Source of the DNA: Somniosus microcephalus
Lineage: Eukaryota
Length of the DNA: 64,000 bases
Reading direction: 5' to 3'
NCBI GenBank assembly: GCA_052327205.1
Contig: CM126230.1
Span: 29,326,001 to 29,390,000, forward strand
Every line of letters starts with the position of its first letter. The first letter of the stretch is position 1. The notes beneath the pieces were generated by a model. That model made no database searches. It was given only the letters and a program-made list of their open reading frames with translations, and was not told where the DNA came from. This document shows positions 12,136-24,987 of the stretch, in pieces. The position numbers and the translations under genes are program-made.

Positions 12136-14184
12136 GAAAGCAAAGAAAATAACGGCAGTGCCTTAATGCAGCCATACACCACCCAAGCACGCCACATGTT
12201 GAATTTAAAAGCATTGGCCTTGATGTTCGATGTTCCGTGCCCATTTTCCAGGAGTAAAACAGGAACCTAAGCATCCAGCATGGCATGTCACTTGCAAGCA
12301 CTCATTCCATGCAGTAAGTGTTCTGCCCGCCATATTGGTAAAGATTCCTACATAAACGCCCAGGGCCTGTGCCTGAAACTGTTGTTCAGCCCTTTGCATG
12401 TGCAAGTAGGCCTTTGGAAAATTTGTTTGCAGCTGACGGCAGCATGCATCGTGCATGCTTCGATCAGTATTCTCACGCACTTAAATGGATCGCTGGTAGA
12501 TAAGTTCTAATTCTTCTTACTTGCCTTATTGTGGAACTGAGAGGAGCAGGATATTTGGATCAAGTAGGGGCAGGCCACCTGTGAGCTGGTGCAACAGACA
12601 CGAGTGAAGAGAGCAACTGGAGTGATCGGGCAATGGGCGGAGACTGGCAGAGATTGTGGGGGCATGGGGTTGGCATGTGGGATGGAGTGGGCAGAGGTGA
12701 AGGAGAACTAGGCGGGAATGGGCATCCTGCAGTTCACACCAGGATTTTGGGACATACCAGGCTGGGGCCTACACGCAGAGCGCAAGTGGTCTTCGGGGAG
12801 GGGTATGTGCTCTCAGAGCAGTGGGGTGGGAAACGAGGCTAATCAAATTCAGGCTGTGGAATGGGGCTTGACAGACCTTGGCGTGAGGAAAGGGTTTGGG
12901 ATATGACAGCAGCCAGGATGAACTCTAAGATCTGATGCCGTTGAGGTGGGGTGGTCTGGCAGCACTAGGGGAAAGGCCTTGGAAAACATAGCCTGAAGGA
13001 CCATGAAATAGAGTGGAGCACAAGAATAGCAGCAGCATAGTCTGAAGAAACAGGGTAGAGTGTCACGAAACTGTGAGGCAGAGGATCTGTGGCAGCTGCA
13101 AGCCAGGGGAAATTCTGGAATCGAGTGGTATACGTGCATAGGGGCAATGACAGTGAGGGGCACTGAGGACCTGCAGATGTGCAGAGAAAGGTTATTTTTC
13201 ATGTCACAGGCAACAGATATTCTGACTCTCTGAAATATTTGATGTTGGTGGGGAGTTTCCTTGTACATTCAGTATGATTTCCTTGCTCATTTTCTGTTGT
13301 TAAAAAAAATTTGTTAATGAACCAGTCAGCTGCAAAAAGTTTGGCTCGGATTGAGAACACAGAAGTGTGACACAGGAAGTGTGATGTAGCAGACAGGAAA
13401 TGCACGTGCACACACATTTTTATTACAAGCAGATCTCCCATGTGTTGCTCATGGCAAATAAGTGGTATGCTGTGTTTTAAGGATCATGTTATCCCATATA
13501 ATGCAGATTATATTCTGCTGTTAATGTGAAACTGTGCCCTTTATCGCCACAAAGTCTAATTTCTGTTCAGTAAACACTAGATGAGGTTGCAGTTTAATTG
13601 CTGTTCAAGCTGCAGGTCATAACCCTGACTCTTTTTTCGTTTTGATTGGTAAGGTCACCAAGACATTACAGGCCTTCTAGATCCTTTGCCAAATAGAACA
13701 TTTGTTAATTATTTTTAACATTTTTAACACAGGAAATGAGGGCTGATGCACCTCTTTTACGATATAAAATAATATATATTTGGTGATTAACTGCGCGTAT
13801 AGAGTGGGCCATTTCGCACCTCACTCTTTACAAGTCTCCCCATGCATTCAGTGTATTCTATCTGCTCCCAGGCCTCTGCTATCATCTCTGAGCTATGCCA
13901 GATGGGTACAGTGTGACCCTTGCTTTGATTTTCCCTCCTAATGTTTGGAGAAGCACCTGACCCCTGCTTGACATATCCTCCTTCATAACAGATTTGTAAT
14001 TCAAAGCTTAGCATGCAGGGAATCGCAAATGTAAACTTGTGTCCTGAGCTTTGCTGCCTTACCATCATGTCCTCCAAGTATGAGAGCGCCATCCTGTGTG
14101 TAAAATGTTCTGAAATGGAAAACCTGAATTAACCTTGATGCCTAAAATGGTTCCCCAGAGAACACCATGTGGCACCATGCTTGT

Positions 14185-14395
14185 CTATATTATTTATATA
14201 ATATACCTATATCTGTATATATCTATATACCTGTATCTGTATATCTATATACCTATATCTGTATTGTATCTGTATATCTATATACCTATATCTGTATTGT
14301 ATCTGTATATCTATATACCTATATCTGTATTATATCTATATATCTACATATATACAATATATATACATACACCTATATATGTATATATATCTCAT
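14185..14395. repeat. TATATC/TA-based tandem repeat
   Basis: Repeated ~33-bp unit TATACCTATATCTGTATTGTATCTGTATATCTA grading into (TA)n. Confidence 0.85.
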
Positions 14396-15649
14396 ATCAA
14401 GCAGCATTTAAAATTCTTTAAACATTTTATAGAGCATTTATTAAATGTTACTTTAAAAATACAACTAAAGGTACTCCCTCTGAAACTCATTGTATGCAAA
14501 AAAGATAAGTCTAGCTGAACATGTAGATTTTCTAGTTGAGAACCAGACTTATCTATACAGCTGTAAGATACTGCCAAACAATTTATACAGTGATAATGAT
14601 GTGTCCATTGTAAATGATTTTGTCTATATCTATTAATATTTTCTTTCGATGTTTTCTAAAACAAAGACTATTATCTAAAATCCAGGTTGTCACTAATATT
14701 TGTCAGTTACGTATGAAATCCCCTGTGATGGGTCACATGGGGCCATGTACCATGGCTAGGATTAAATCTGTGATTGGAGCCACTTCTACAACTTAAATTA
14801 CTGTTCTCTTATCTCAAGGTAACAGAGCGACTGTATGCCTTGTCCCACTTTCTACCAGATTGAATAAATGTCAGCAAAATTAATTTCATTGCCACTTAAA
14901 TTAGCTCCTCAGTGTGATCTCCTGCTTCCCGTCAATTTATTTCCTTAAGAATTAAATTTCCTTTTTATGTATTTTATTTCAGAAGGGAAATTCCCAGGAT
15001 TGCACATGCTACCAATAATCTTTTCTCATTTCATAGGAATTTATAAAGTCGAGAGCATGTTACAGAATGCAGTAATCTTTCACTTTAATAGTCCTACGCA
15101 GAGATAGCTAAAACTAATCTGATGCCTTGTTGCTTTTATTTTCTACATGCAGCACTCTCAGTAGAAAAAAGTACTTTCATTAAACAGTAAGCACATATCT
15201 GATTAGCTTTGATATCAAGAGATCCCCACTAGTACTTCATCTCCAACCTAATTTGAACAATCTCATATTAGGCTTCATCAGTGTCTTGCGATTTTGAGAC
15301 ACCCTAGGAGGGTCCCTCAAGTTTTTTTTGCTGATTCATCTTCCTTATAAAGAACAATTACCCAGACTTTGCAAATTTGCAACTCAGCGTCTCTTTGGCG
15401 CTTAGAGTCGAGATCAGAGGGAAGGTGTTTTATTGGATATTTAATCACAAGACTGTGATCATTCTATAGATAGTAGCAGATTACCTATAATTAAACATGC
15501 AGCACCTGGCAAATACATTGACCATTTTAAAGTATATTAAAATAACACAGTGTGTTAGAAAAATAAAAGCACAAATCTGGTTGAGATTTTCTTGCCCACC
15601 TTTGTAGGTGAGGTGCAAGCTCCTCTGTCACATAGTTAGACTGAGTTTT

Positions 15650-16430
15650 TCATTTATATAGCAACTTTAAAGTAGTAAATGTCACAAGGTGCTTCACAGA
15701 GGAGGAACATACACAAAGCAGTAATGGAAGAGTTAAAGGAGATGACAGAAAGCCTTTGAGGAGCCCCTAAAGGCAGGGATAGAAGTAGCAAGGCAGAGCG
15801 AGTTGTAGAAAATCAAGCTGAGATGGCTGAAGTGGAGGGAAGGAAGCGACACAGAAGGCCACAATCAGAAGACTAAAGGACATGGGCTGTGATGTAGTTT
15901 GGAGGAAGTTGCAGAGGTAGGGTGGTGTGAGGCTGTGAAAGGGTTTGTAATCAAGGGCAAGATTCTGAATTTACCATGTGGGGAAAGGGGAGCCAGTGAA
16001 GTAATTGAAGATGGGGTGATGGGTGAGTCCGATAGGATGCAGTCAGTGGAGGTTTTGGATAAATTGGAATTTTTCATAGGTCGCCGCTCAGGAGGAAAGC
16101 ATTTAGTTTGGAGGTAACAGAAATATAGATGAGGATGTCAGCGTAGTGGGGTGAGGTAAGGACTAGACGGGGGTTGTGGAGCTGGAATTAAGTGGTCTTC
16201 GTGATGTATAAGATTTAAAGCTCAGCTCAGTGTCAAAGAAGACATAAGGGCTAATTTTAACCGAACTCCCCTGGCGGGAAACCCAAGGGATCGGGTGGAA
16301 GGCCGGTGTTGCACCCTGCCCAATATTACTCTCCATTGACTCCATTTCTCTCCGGTCAGTTTCCCGCCGGGCAGGTTAAGTTAAAATTGCTCTCATTGAG
16401 TTTGTACATGGTCTGGTTTATTCTGAGCAA
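15650..16430 (-). mobile_element. Old L2 fragment interrupted by a ~146-bp MITE (16247-16393)
   Basis: Degenerate match to 11632-12135; insert bounded by inverted repeats AGGGCTAATTTTAAC / GTTAAAATTGCTCT. Confidence 0.5.
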
Positions 16431-17033
16431 GCAGCAAGCGAGAAGGATGGAGTTAAGGTAAGGGAGGGGAGAGAGAGGGAAAAATCCAGTAGCGAAATTT
16501 GGGGCAAGGACGAAGCCAGGAGCTGAGTTTTTGGGGAGAAAAGAAAGAAATCTGAAGAGCACTTTTGCAGGTGGGAGAGGATGGAAGAAGCTGGGATACA
16601 CTTTTGGGCGGTGTGGAGAAGTTGGGAGAGTACTTTTGGGATGGAGGAGAGAAGAAGGAAGTGACACTTTTGTAATGGAGAGAGGAAAGAAGCCAGGCAC
16701 ACATGGATGATGGGGGAGAAAGAGTGCCAGCATGAACTGGTGGCAAGAGGTGAAACGAAAGGAAGAAAAATGCTCGCATTAACCGGAGGAGAAAATAAGG
16801 GCATTGCGTGCTTTAGGCACAGACCCAGGATTAGCAACCTGTAAACTAATTTGAACCAATTTAAAATGTGCTGATATCAATAGGGAACATCTGAATTTGA
16901 TATATCCTGGCTATTGCCATTTATTAGATGGCCAAGCTGATATTGTTGTTCCTCAGAACAATTTACATCTTGGCACCTGACCTTTAAAACAAAAAGGCAT
17001 GGAACACTGACAATTTTTTTTCCTAAACAACAC

Positions 17034-17854
17034 AGGCTGTATTTTGTCAATGGGGACGTGATGGAGGCGGGACTCCCACTTTTTGGGTTGCAGTCCCGCC
17101 TCCATCGATTTGTGGCCAACCCACGCGATTTTCCCTTGATTGACCTTGTTGAGCCCGCCCAGCGGGCTCAGCTGGCCAATTAAGGGACACCCGGTTACAG
17201 ATGACGTCAGGGATTGACATTTCATCTGTCAAGAGCTTTTGACAGATGAAATATCAGCGTTTGACAGCTCTGTGAAGTTGTCAAACACTGACAATCTGAC
17301 TTCTAACTTGAGTCCTTCTCCACAGACTCGGTTAGAAATCTCTCCAGAACAGAAAGCTGAATGTTGCAACTTTTGACAGCTCGCAGCCATTCTGCTTTCT
17401 GTGCCGGTGAGATGAGGGACTCCTGAGACCTGAAGGAAGGAAGCCTGCATTAGTAAGTAAAGGTAAGTAAAACTTCTTTAAACACTTTACACACACCAAA
17501 CACACTTACCTCTGCACTCATGCACCCATCACTCACCTGAACACCGGACATCTCGAACCCTCCAAGCCCTTCAGCCCGACGGTCTGCCTCGCTAACTTGG
17601 CGTGGTTCGGAGCCGTCGGGCAGCCCACACTTCAGGGCTAAAAATAGGGATTAGGCCAAAAACTGCCTGTTAACTACCTGTTAACAGGCAGTTAATTGGC
17701 ACTAATCTCCTTCCCACCTCGGGGAGGCGGCTCCCAGCACAGGTCGGGTACCCGCCTCCTGGGAAACGGGCATGGAGGCGGGAAGGGTTCGTGCCCCCCG
17801 ATTCTGCAATTTTCCCCCCACTCCCGCATCCACGGGGCTTGGAAATTCAAGCCC
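17034..17854 (+). mobile_element. Non-autonomous Harbinger-type element, family A
   Basis: 3-bp TSD CAC (17031-17033, 17855-17857); internal palindrome AACTGCCTGTTAAC...GTTAACAGGCAGTT. Confidence 0.8.
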
Positions 17855-19595
17855 CACAAGTTTTATGTTTGCATTTTTTGTTAAGTATTCATTTTATCAC
17901 TCACTGTCACCTGATGTATCTACTGTAGTCATCACGGTGCTAAAACTGTAGCTAAATAAATACCTTTGAGTCAATTATGGGGCTTTTATACCTGCCCCAA
18001 GTTTTGGACGAGTGATGCCAAGCTGTTCTCTGTGCTGTTCTCTCCCAGGCACTCAGTAGCCTGTACCTCTGCTCTTCCGTAGACCACTGGAGTACAGTTT
18101 ACACAAGGAAGACTCACTGGGCCAAAGTAGCCTTCTCCAACGAACCTGCAGGAGAGTAGAAGTACAGAAGAACATCAACAATTTGCTTCTTCTTCAACCT
18201 TTTAAAAAAAAATCAGAGTGCAGATGGGGAACAGATGCTGAGTTATCCCAGTGTGTAATACATGCTCAGGTCAAAACGCAACTTAATGTCACAATGCAGA
18301 CATGCTGATGTGCTGAACCAGCTCAGCATGTTTCCAAGGTCATCGTAGGAGACTGGAGCACTGGTGGCAGCAGTCAACGGAATGGGGGCCATCGGCTGCA
18401 TGGGACCCGTATACCAACAGCCTGTGGTGCTGCATTAATCTAAAAGCACCTTTACTGCATTCATAAAATGGCTGGGTATCTGATAGTTTGAGGTGGACAG
18501 GAATAAATATGTTAATCTCAAGGCTTTAGGAATAATCTAACACTTCAATGCAAATTTGTACTTAAAATCACTTTCTGTGTTGGTAAATTGGCAAGGAAAG
18601 TATATATTATTGTTTTGTAACAACTGTCATGCAGTGTAGTTAGAACCCTTAAGTAGCTCCTGTTGTTTTTTTTTAATTTATAAAAACCGTGTGTCTAATC
18701 CCCTGGAGTTGACCTATAATACTTTTTATATTTGCCCAAAATTTCATCTATAATATTTCTTGACTGAAAACACATGGTAAACAGATTCTGCTATTCAGCT
18801 GACACCATTTTTATTTCAAATTTGGCATCTTCCCACTGACATGAATGACAACTGTGGCAGCAATCACCTCCTCAAATCTCTCCTCGGTGTCTCTCCCGGC
18901 TTCTGGCATCCTTTCTTTCTAAATTTCTATCAGATGAGCATACTTTCTTTGGCGTGCATTGTCGAATCTTTTCATGTTAGTTGATCGGTCCAGCAGGACC
19001 CTTTGCCCCGTATCGCTGTTTATTTTTGTTTGCGATGATTTCTCTTTTTTTCAAATTTATGTAAAACCTGGCTTGTTTTGTTGTTGAATTTTTTTTTTCC
19101 CCCATTGCTTTGTCGGATGGACACAAAATAGGCTTCAAGCTCTCGCAGAAAGGGGCTATGGGTGACACTGATGAGGGCACGTACGTTGACCGGGTTTACA
19201 ATCTGTAAAATTGGGAGAGCCAGAAAGCAGCCAACTCTGCAGATTGTGCTGCCTCATCACCAGTTTTTTGACCAGCATAATAAATTTGTGCTGCGGCAAA
19301 TGACTTACCTGCTGCAGCAGAAACCTTTAGAGATTTTTTTTTTTAAATCTCAGTTTTCATTTTTTTTTAAATGGTGAATTTTTAGTCTCGGGGGCAATGA
19401 CATCATCACAACACTGGTCCACTGATGCCTGTTTTAAACTGGATACAATTATCCCAGCAAAGGAGAAATTAGATAATGACTCTGCCCCTTTATATGGCCC
19501 ATTATAGGCTATTCTTTGCATATTTACAGGTGTGTAATTAATAAAAATTATAATAGAAATGAGGGGGAAAAACCTGCGATTTAGCCATCGGAAAG

Positions 19596-19871
19596 TAGGG
19601 TCGCCAAATCTGGTTGGACTTATTCCTGGCGTTTTCATCACATGACCTCTCGCCTCCAACAGCCCCACCCAGTCAAACAGCCTTTTTATCCATCTCCAAA
19701 AATGTTATAACTAATAAACGAAAGTGTTCAAAGAAAATAAAAAAATAAAAAATGCAGTTTATTTTAATGTCCCAATGCTGTTTCTCCCGGTTTGCTCACG
19801 GCATTGTTCAGGATTTTAATTCTTAAGCCCTGGAGAGACTCCCAGGCAATCCTGAAGGGTTGGCAACCCTG
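19596..19871. mobile_element. hAT-type MITE with TAGGGTTGCCAA-like termini
   Basis: TAGGGTCGCCAA...TTGGCAACCCTG; inverted homologue of 31479-32163. Confidence 0.7.
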
Positions 19872-21016
19872 GCTGAAATTTCTCGTCAGACTTTGAGATA
19901 GGTGAGTCAAAATTAGAATCGCTTCTGCTGAACTAGAATATCAAGTCACCTTAAACAAGGAACTTTCCCTCCCCACCCCTTTCCCGCCAACCTTGTTGGT
20001 GCTAGTTTTAAATTATTATATGTTTGACAGCTTCTAATGTTGTGATTTTTCATTTTTTGCATTTTGAAGTTAGATATGACAGTTTTCCAGAGAAGAACAT
20101 TCTCCCTGCTGCACCCAAAGTTCTAACCCTTCCAGTTTTGAGGAAAGATGGGAGACTGACTGAAATGTGTAAAACTTGACACCTGTTTCATATCACTGTA
20201 GCGTGCTTTTGTGTTTGATCACCAACAGATAATAGACACTTAAATGTGCTCGCCTGTGGTTTTTGGCTCTGTTACGTATTTATATTTACATTTACATGCA
20301 ACATTGCACTGTATTTACCCGTGCCTATAATGGTGAGGTGTTCGTTGATTAGCATGGGAACTGGCAGCTACGGAGGAGTTGGCAATTTGTTAATGGTGCC
20401 AATGGCTGGGGATTAATGCTGTACATAAAGAAGGAGAAATTAAAACTTGTAACTTTCTAATTGTTTTGCTCTTTCTCCCATGTTCTGGACCTTCCCTGGC
20501 CAAGACCCTGCTCAGGCTTCTGCCAGTGATGCTGTATAACTGGCTTAAGCTGCAAAAGTGGATCAGAGGGTGATGGTTTCCAGTTTCTGTTTCTTTTATC
20601 CTTTCTGTGGAATAGCACTTTCTAGTCCTCACTTCCCCACAGCAGCATGGTTGAGATTGAAAGATTGGGGGTATGCTGAATTATGGCTACTGACGTAAGA
20701 AAATTACTAGGCACTTGGTCTAAGCGTTAAACACTGTTTTACAACATGGAGGTTGAGTTGTGTCCTTCACTAGTTCCTGTTAAGAATGTCCTGCGCAAGC
20801 TGGGCCCGTGCCCGAGTATTTATACTCTCCCTGAACAGCGCCACCCGCAGGCAGCTCAGAATTATTTCATAAGTCTTTCTTTCATGAATGACTGATTCAT
20901 GTCAGGTACAATCTTGTATCTCACTACACCTTAGTCTAATGTTTTGTAACCAATGGATTGGTGGTGGTGGGATGGTTTGAAGAGAAAGAAATAAAAGGTA
21001 AATCTGGGTAACTATT

Positions 21017-22535
21017 TGGCGGTTTGATGTTGCTCATCCTTACTTGTTACAAGTACCAGATGTAGTGTAAAATAATGTTCTTTTAGTGTAGTTGTTCATC
21101 TGGTAACCTCTAAACTGCTGTTTCCCAGTGTAATAATTTCAGAAGGTAACCAAATCAATTTGCAATGTTCTAATACAAAAAGTAATTGTTTTATCTCATG
21201 TATGTTCTAGGCTACAATTCTTTTGGAAACAAATGCATTTTAGTGGGTTACCAACAGAAAATAGATAATGGCCGGGAATTTGCGATGGGTAATGACGCTG
21301 AATTACCAGCATTTGCCGTCATTACCTCTCTGAAACTGATTGCAGCATCAGTCTTTAGCGCATGCACATCTAAACGCGGAAATTTCGAAGTTGCGGTCAG
21401 TCACTCACTGCTCCGACACTGGCTGCGCTGTGGACCCCCCCGACCCCATAACCGGTAATCAGTGAAACTGACAAAAGCTTGGGCTTTTCCACAGTAATAT
21501 CGCTGTTAAACACCCCATTAAATGTTAAGCCTTGTTGGAATAGGTGTAACTGGGGTTTTAACAACATATTGACTGCTAAACAAACATTCTAGCCCTGCAA
21601 AAACTATTTTTTATATTTGTGGAGTTGTCAAATATGATAAAATTTACAATTTTTATACAACTTTTAAAGTTTGTTCATGATATTTCAGCTTCTACCTTAT
21701 CCCCATGTTAGAGTCTAAATCTTTATTTTGCTCTCTGTAACATTTTTAAAAAGTCCGGATTAAAGCAGCTTCTCGTTTCCTATCTGTGAGAATTCTGCAA
21801 TGTGATTAGCTTCTTAGACAGCTTGTTGACGTCATTGTAGTTCTTCACTGAGAGTTCTTATTACAGAGCGCTGAAATCAATTGAACGTCAAAAAAGGCAA
21901 ACTTCTCACCAGAGATCGCGAATGTGCATTTTAAGGACTCGTTTCATAATACATTTATTTTAAGTGTAGCTTAATACAAGCCACTGCTGTTACTATGCAT
22001 GTGTGGTGAGGCCTTCAGTTACACAATCCTAACAGACCTGCACTCTCACTCTGTACAGTGGTGCAGACAGTTTGCTGCATGGAACCAAATTGCGGTTTCC
22101 ACAATTTAATTCACGTACCCATTACATCTGTTTGAGAGCGAGACAGAGTTTGTAAAAATTTGCAGAGAGGATTGGAGAATGCAGCTACAAACAGGTTATT
22201 TAGTTCAGACAGGGCTTTCCTTGTCCAGAGGTTTCTGATGTTCTTAATCTGGCAGTCTGATCTTGCTCATCCTTACTTGGTACAAGTACCAGATGTAGTG
22301 TAAAATAGTGTTCTTTTAGTGCAGTTATTCATCTGGCGACCTCTGAACTGCTGTTCCCCAGTGAAATCATTTCAGATGGTAACCAAATCAATTTGCAATG
22401 TTCTAAACATATTTTTGGTCCAAAAAGTATTTGCTTCATCTCATGAATGTTCTAGGCTACAATTCTTTTGGAAACAAATACTTTTTAGTGGGTTGCCAAC
22501 AGAAAATAGATAATATGTGTTTTAAGGACAAGTTT
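21017..22535 (+). repeat. Local ~270-bp direct duplication (21017-21269 plus ~21921-21945; 22250-22535)
   Basis: Both copies read TGCTCATCCTTACTTG.TACAAGTACCAGATGTAGTG ... CAACAGAAAATAGATAAT. Confidence 0.85.
21270..21923. mobile_element. Harbinger-like MITE inserted in first duplicate, right end truncated
   Basis: Begins GGCCGGGAATTTGCGAT; right end keeps only ATCGCGAAT; absent from the second duplicate. Confidence 0.65.
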
Positions 22536-24497
22536 AAAATCAGAATGCACAAATCTTCCTTTTACTGCCTTTCCTAAAGCCTTGGGACTCTGCAAGGGGT
22601 TGATAGTGAGTGTTACTCAATCTTTGGATAGGAAATATGTAATATATTGTTTCCTCTGCTATGTATGCGCTACTATTGAGCCAGAAAAATAAAAACCTGG
22701 ATCAGAAAATAATTAACGGTGAATTTAAATCTGACAGTAACAATTGTCCTATTTAAAAGGTCATCATGTTAATTATTTTACACTGTAGTGTGTAATCTTC
22801 ACAGTCCAGCCTTGATGCAAGCTCCCTCTCCCCAGTTGATGAATGATATTTAACGATCTGTTCCTTCTCAAACTCATGCTCCCATTAGAGATCTAAGACT
22901 ACGTGAATTGTGCAGCCTCAGTGGAAGCTTCGAAGATGACTTTTGCGGCCTTGAGGTGGGCATTAGGGGGGTTGCTCTTTAAACTGTTCCTATTATTTAA
23001 GAAATGTGAGATTTCTTTCAACACCTAACTGGTGTTGACAAAAATCAGAGCTGAGGTTTGCAGCAGTATTATCACCTGATCATCAAACTTAAAAAAAAAA
23101 GTACTCCTTGTGCTTATTTTGTTGTCTGCCAAGTGAGATTTTTGGGGGAATATTATACATAACATTTTTTGTTCTACACATTGAAAAATACACTTCCCTC
23201 TGAGCTTACTATCAAGACAGCATTTGTCCAGCGCAGCAGTGTAACCCACCCCACCCCGCCCCTCAGTTTGTTCACCAAGAACATTGCTTTCCAAATCAGT
23301 GTTGTGTTCTCTCCATACTTCAATAGGTGCATCCCGCCCTCAGGAGCTGCTATGACAAATATCATTAGAATAGAGAATGTGCATTTCATCTGAACTGATT
23401 TTGAACCCATAATTAATTTTTAAATAATATTCAGAGATCAGTGAACTGGGTATGGAATCTCATTCCAGTAAGAAATTTGAACTATATTTAGGGAATTTTA
23501 GCACTCTAGTGATCACTTCATCGTATCCAGACACTTGTGTAGTAGACCTCCACCATTGATCTCATTTGTGCCCAGTTGTAAACTGTATACATTGAAAATA
23601 ATATCTTTAGTATAGTGATGTGTGACACTTTAAAGGATTTCGTCAAGCAAGACCCACATAAGGCAGACTTCTGAGTCTCCCCAATTAGATTGCACTTAGT
23701 TTTAAATTAGCCAGTTTTCATTATACAGTACTTCTCCGAGGATCATCCCAAATGTGAAGGCAGCATCCAGTGCTTATTTTGTAGTGCTATGATACCATAC
23801 CTGGAAATGATACCTGATGTTGCATTGTTGGGTATCAGGTCTAACACGTCCTGACTTCAGCACTCACGAAGACAATTTTTGTGAATAGTATAAGACCCGT
23901 CCAAAAATCAGTATTGTTTTAACATTTGGGAGAGGGGAGAGTGTAAAAATATTGCCCAAGGGGAGTGCCATATTCCCTTATAATATTTTGTCAGCATTTG
24001 CTTCAAAGCTGAGTTTGGAGGAGTGTTGAGCACTCCTTTGTCATTGAGTGCCATTACAGAGTGATGTAGTGCTCTGCCATCGAGCACAGAAGTTATATTC
24101 ATCCAGCTACGCAGAAGCCTATTAAACAGCAGAAAATAAAATAATACAGGGTTCTAGGAAGATTACATGTAATTTTTATTTTGCAGGGGGAAATTCCATA
24201 GAATAGATAAAGGATTACAAATAGAGTTGTGCACATTTTAGCTAGAGCATTCTTTTAATAACTCACATGTATGTGACTTGTTAACTTAAATCGTATAAGA
24301 TCTTTCTCACTCATAAAATACTTTGTAGATCCCCTGTACCCACAGTTTAACCTCTGAATCTGCTAACCATCTTGAACAGCTGATATCCACGAGGATCCAT
24401 TCAAACAGGAAAAAGGAAAAGTTAATTCAAACCAATTAATACATCTTGAAGCAACAACCAATTTTATTCCTGCATTTCACATGTTTTCAGAAACTAT

Positions 24498-24987
24498 GGG
24501 GGGATTTTTCCCAGCCCTGGGGAGCCGGGAAAATGGCAGAAACTGGGAGCGGGTACCGAACCCGCTCCCAACCCGCCCCCGTGCCATCTTCCTGGGAGGC
24601 AGGTCCCCGAGTCGCGCAGGGACCCGTCTCTCGAGCGGGAAAGGGATTACAGCCATTTAACTGCCTGTTAACATGTAGTTAACAGGCAGTTAAAGAGGAT
24701 TATCCCCATTTTACCCACACAAGTGCGGGCTTCCCGACGGCTGCGAACCTCGCCAGGGTCAGCGAGGCGAGCAGTGAGTCTGTGGGTGTGAGAGGGATCG
24801 AAAAGTCCGCTGTGAAGGTGAGTGATAGGTGCAAGTGTGGAGAGGTAAGTATGAGAGGTGAGTGTAAAGTGTTAGAAAAAGTTTCCTTACCTTTGTTTCT
24901 TCCTGCAGGCTTCAACCCTTGGGCTTCAGAAAACCTGAAAACCAGCAGTCCTGCCCCCAATGCGCCCCCATTGACAAAATCCAGCCC
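24498..24987 (-). mobile_element. Non-autonomous Harbinger-type element, family A (internally deleted)
   Basis: TSD TAT (24495-24497, 24988-24990); reverse complement of 1124-1845 termini and right half. Confidence 0.8.

Noticed and set aside
12210-13200. G-rich block that may be a decayed transposon
   Set aside because: No termini, TSD or protein motif could be established
14135-14518. 127-aa Y/I-rich ORF
   Set aside because: Translation of a TA-rich tandem repeat
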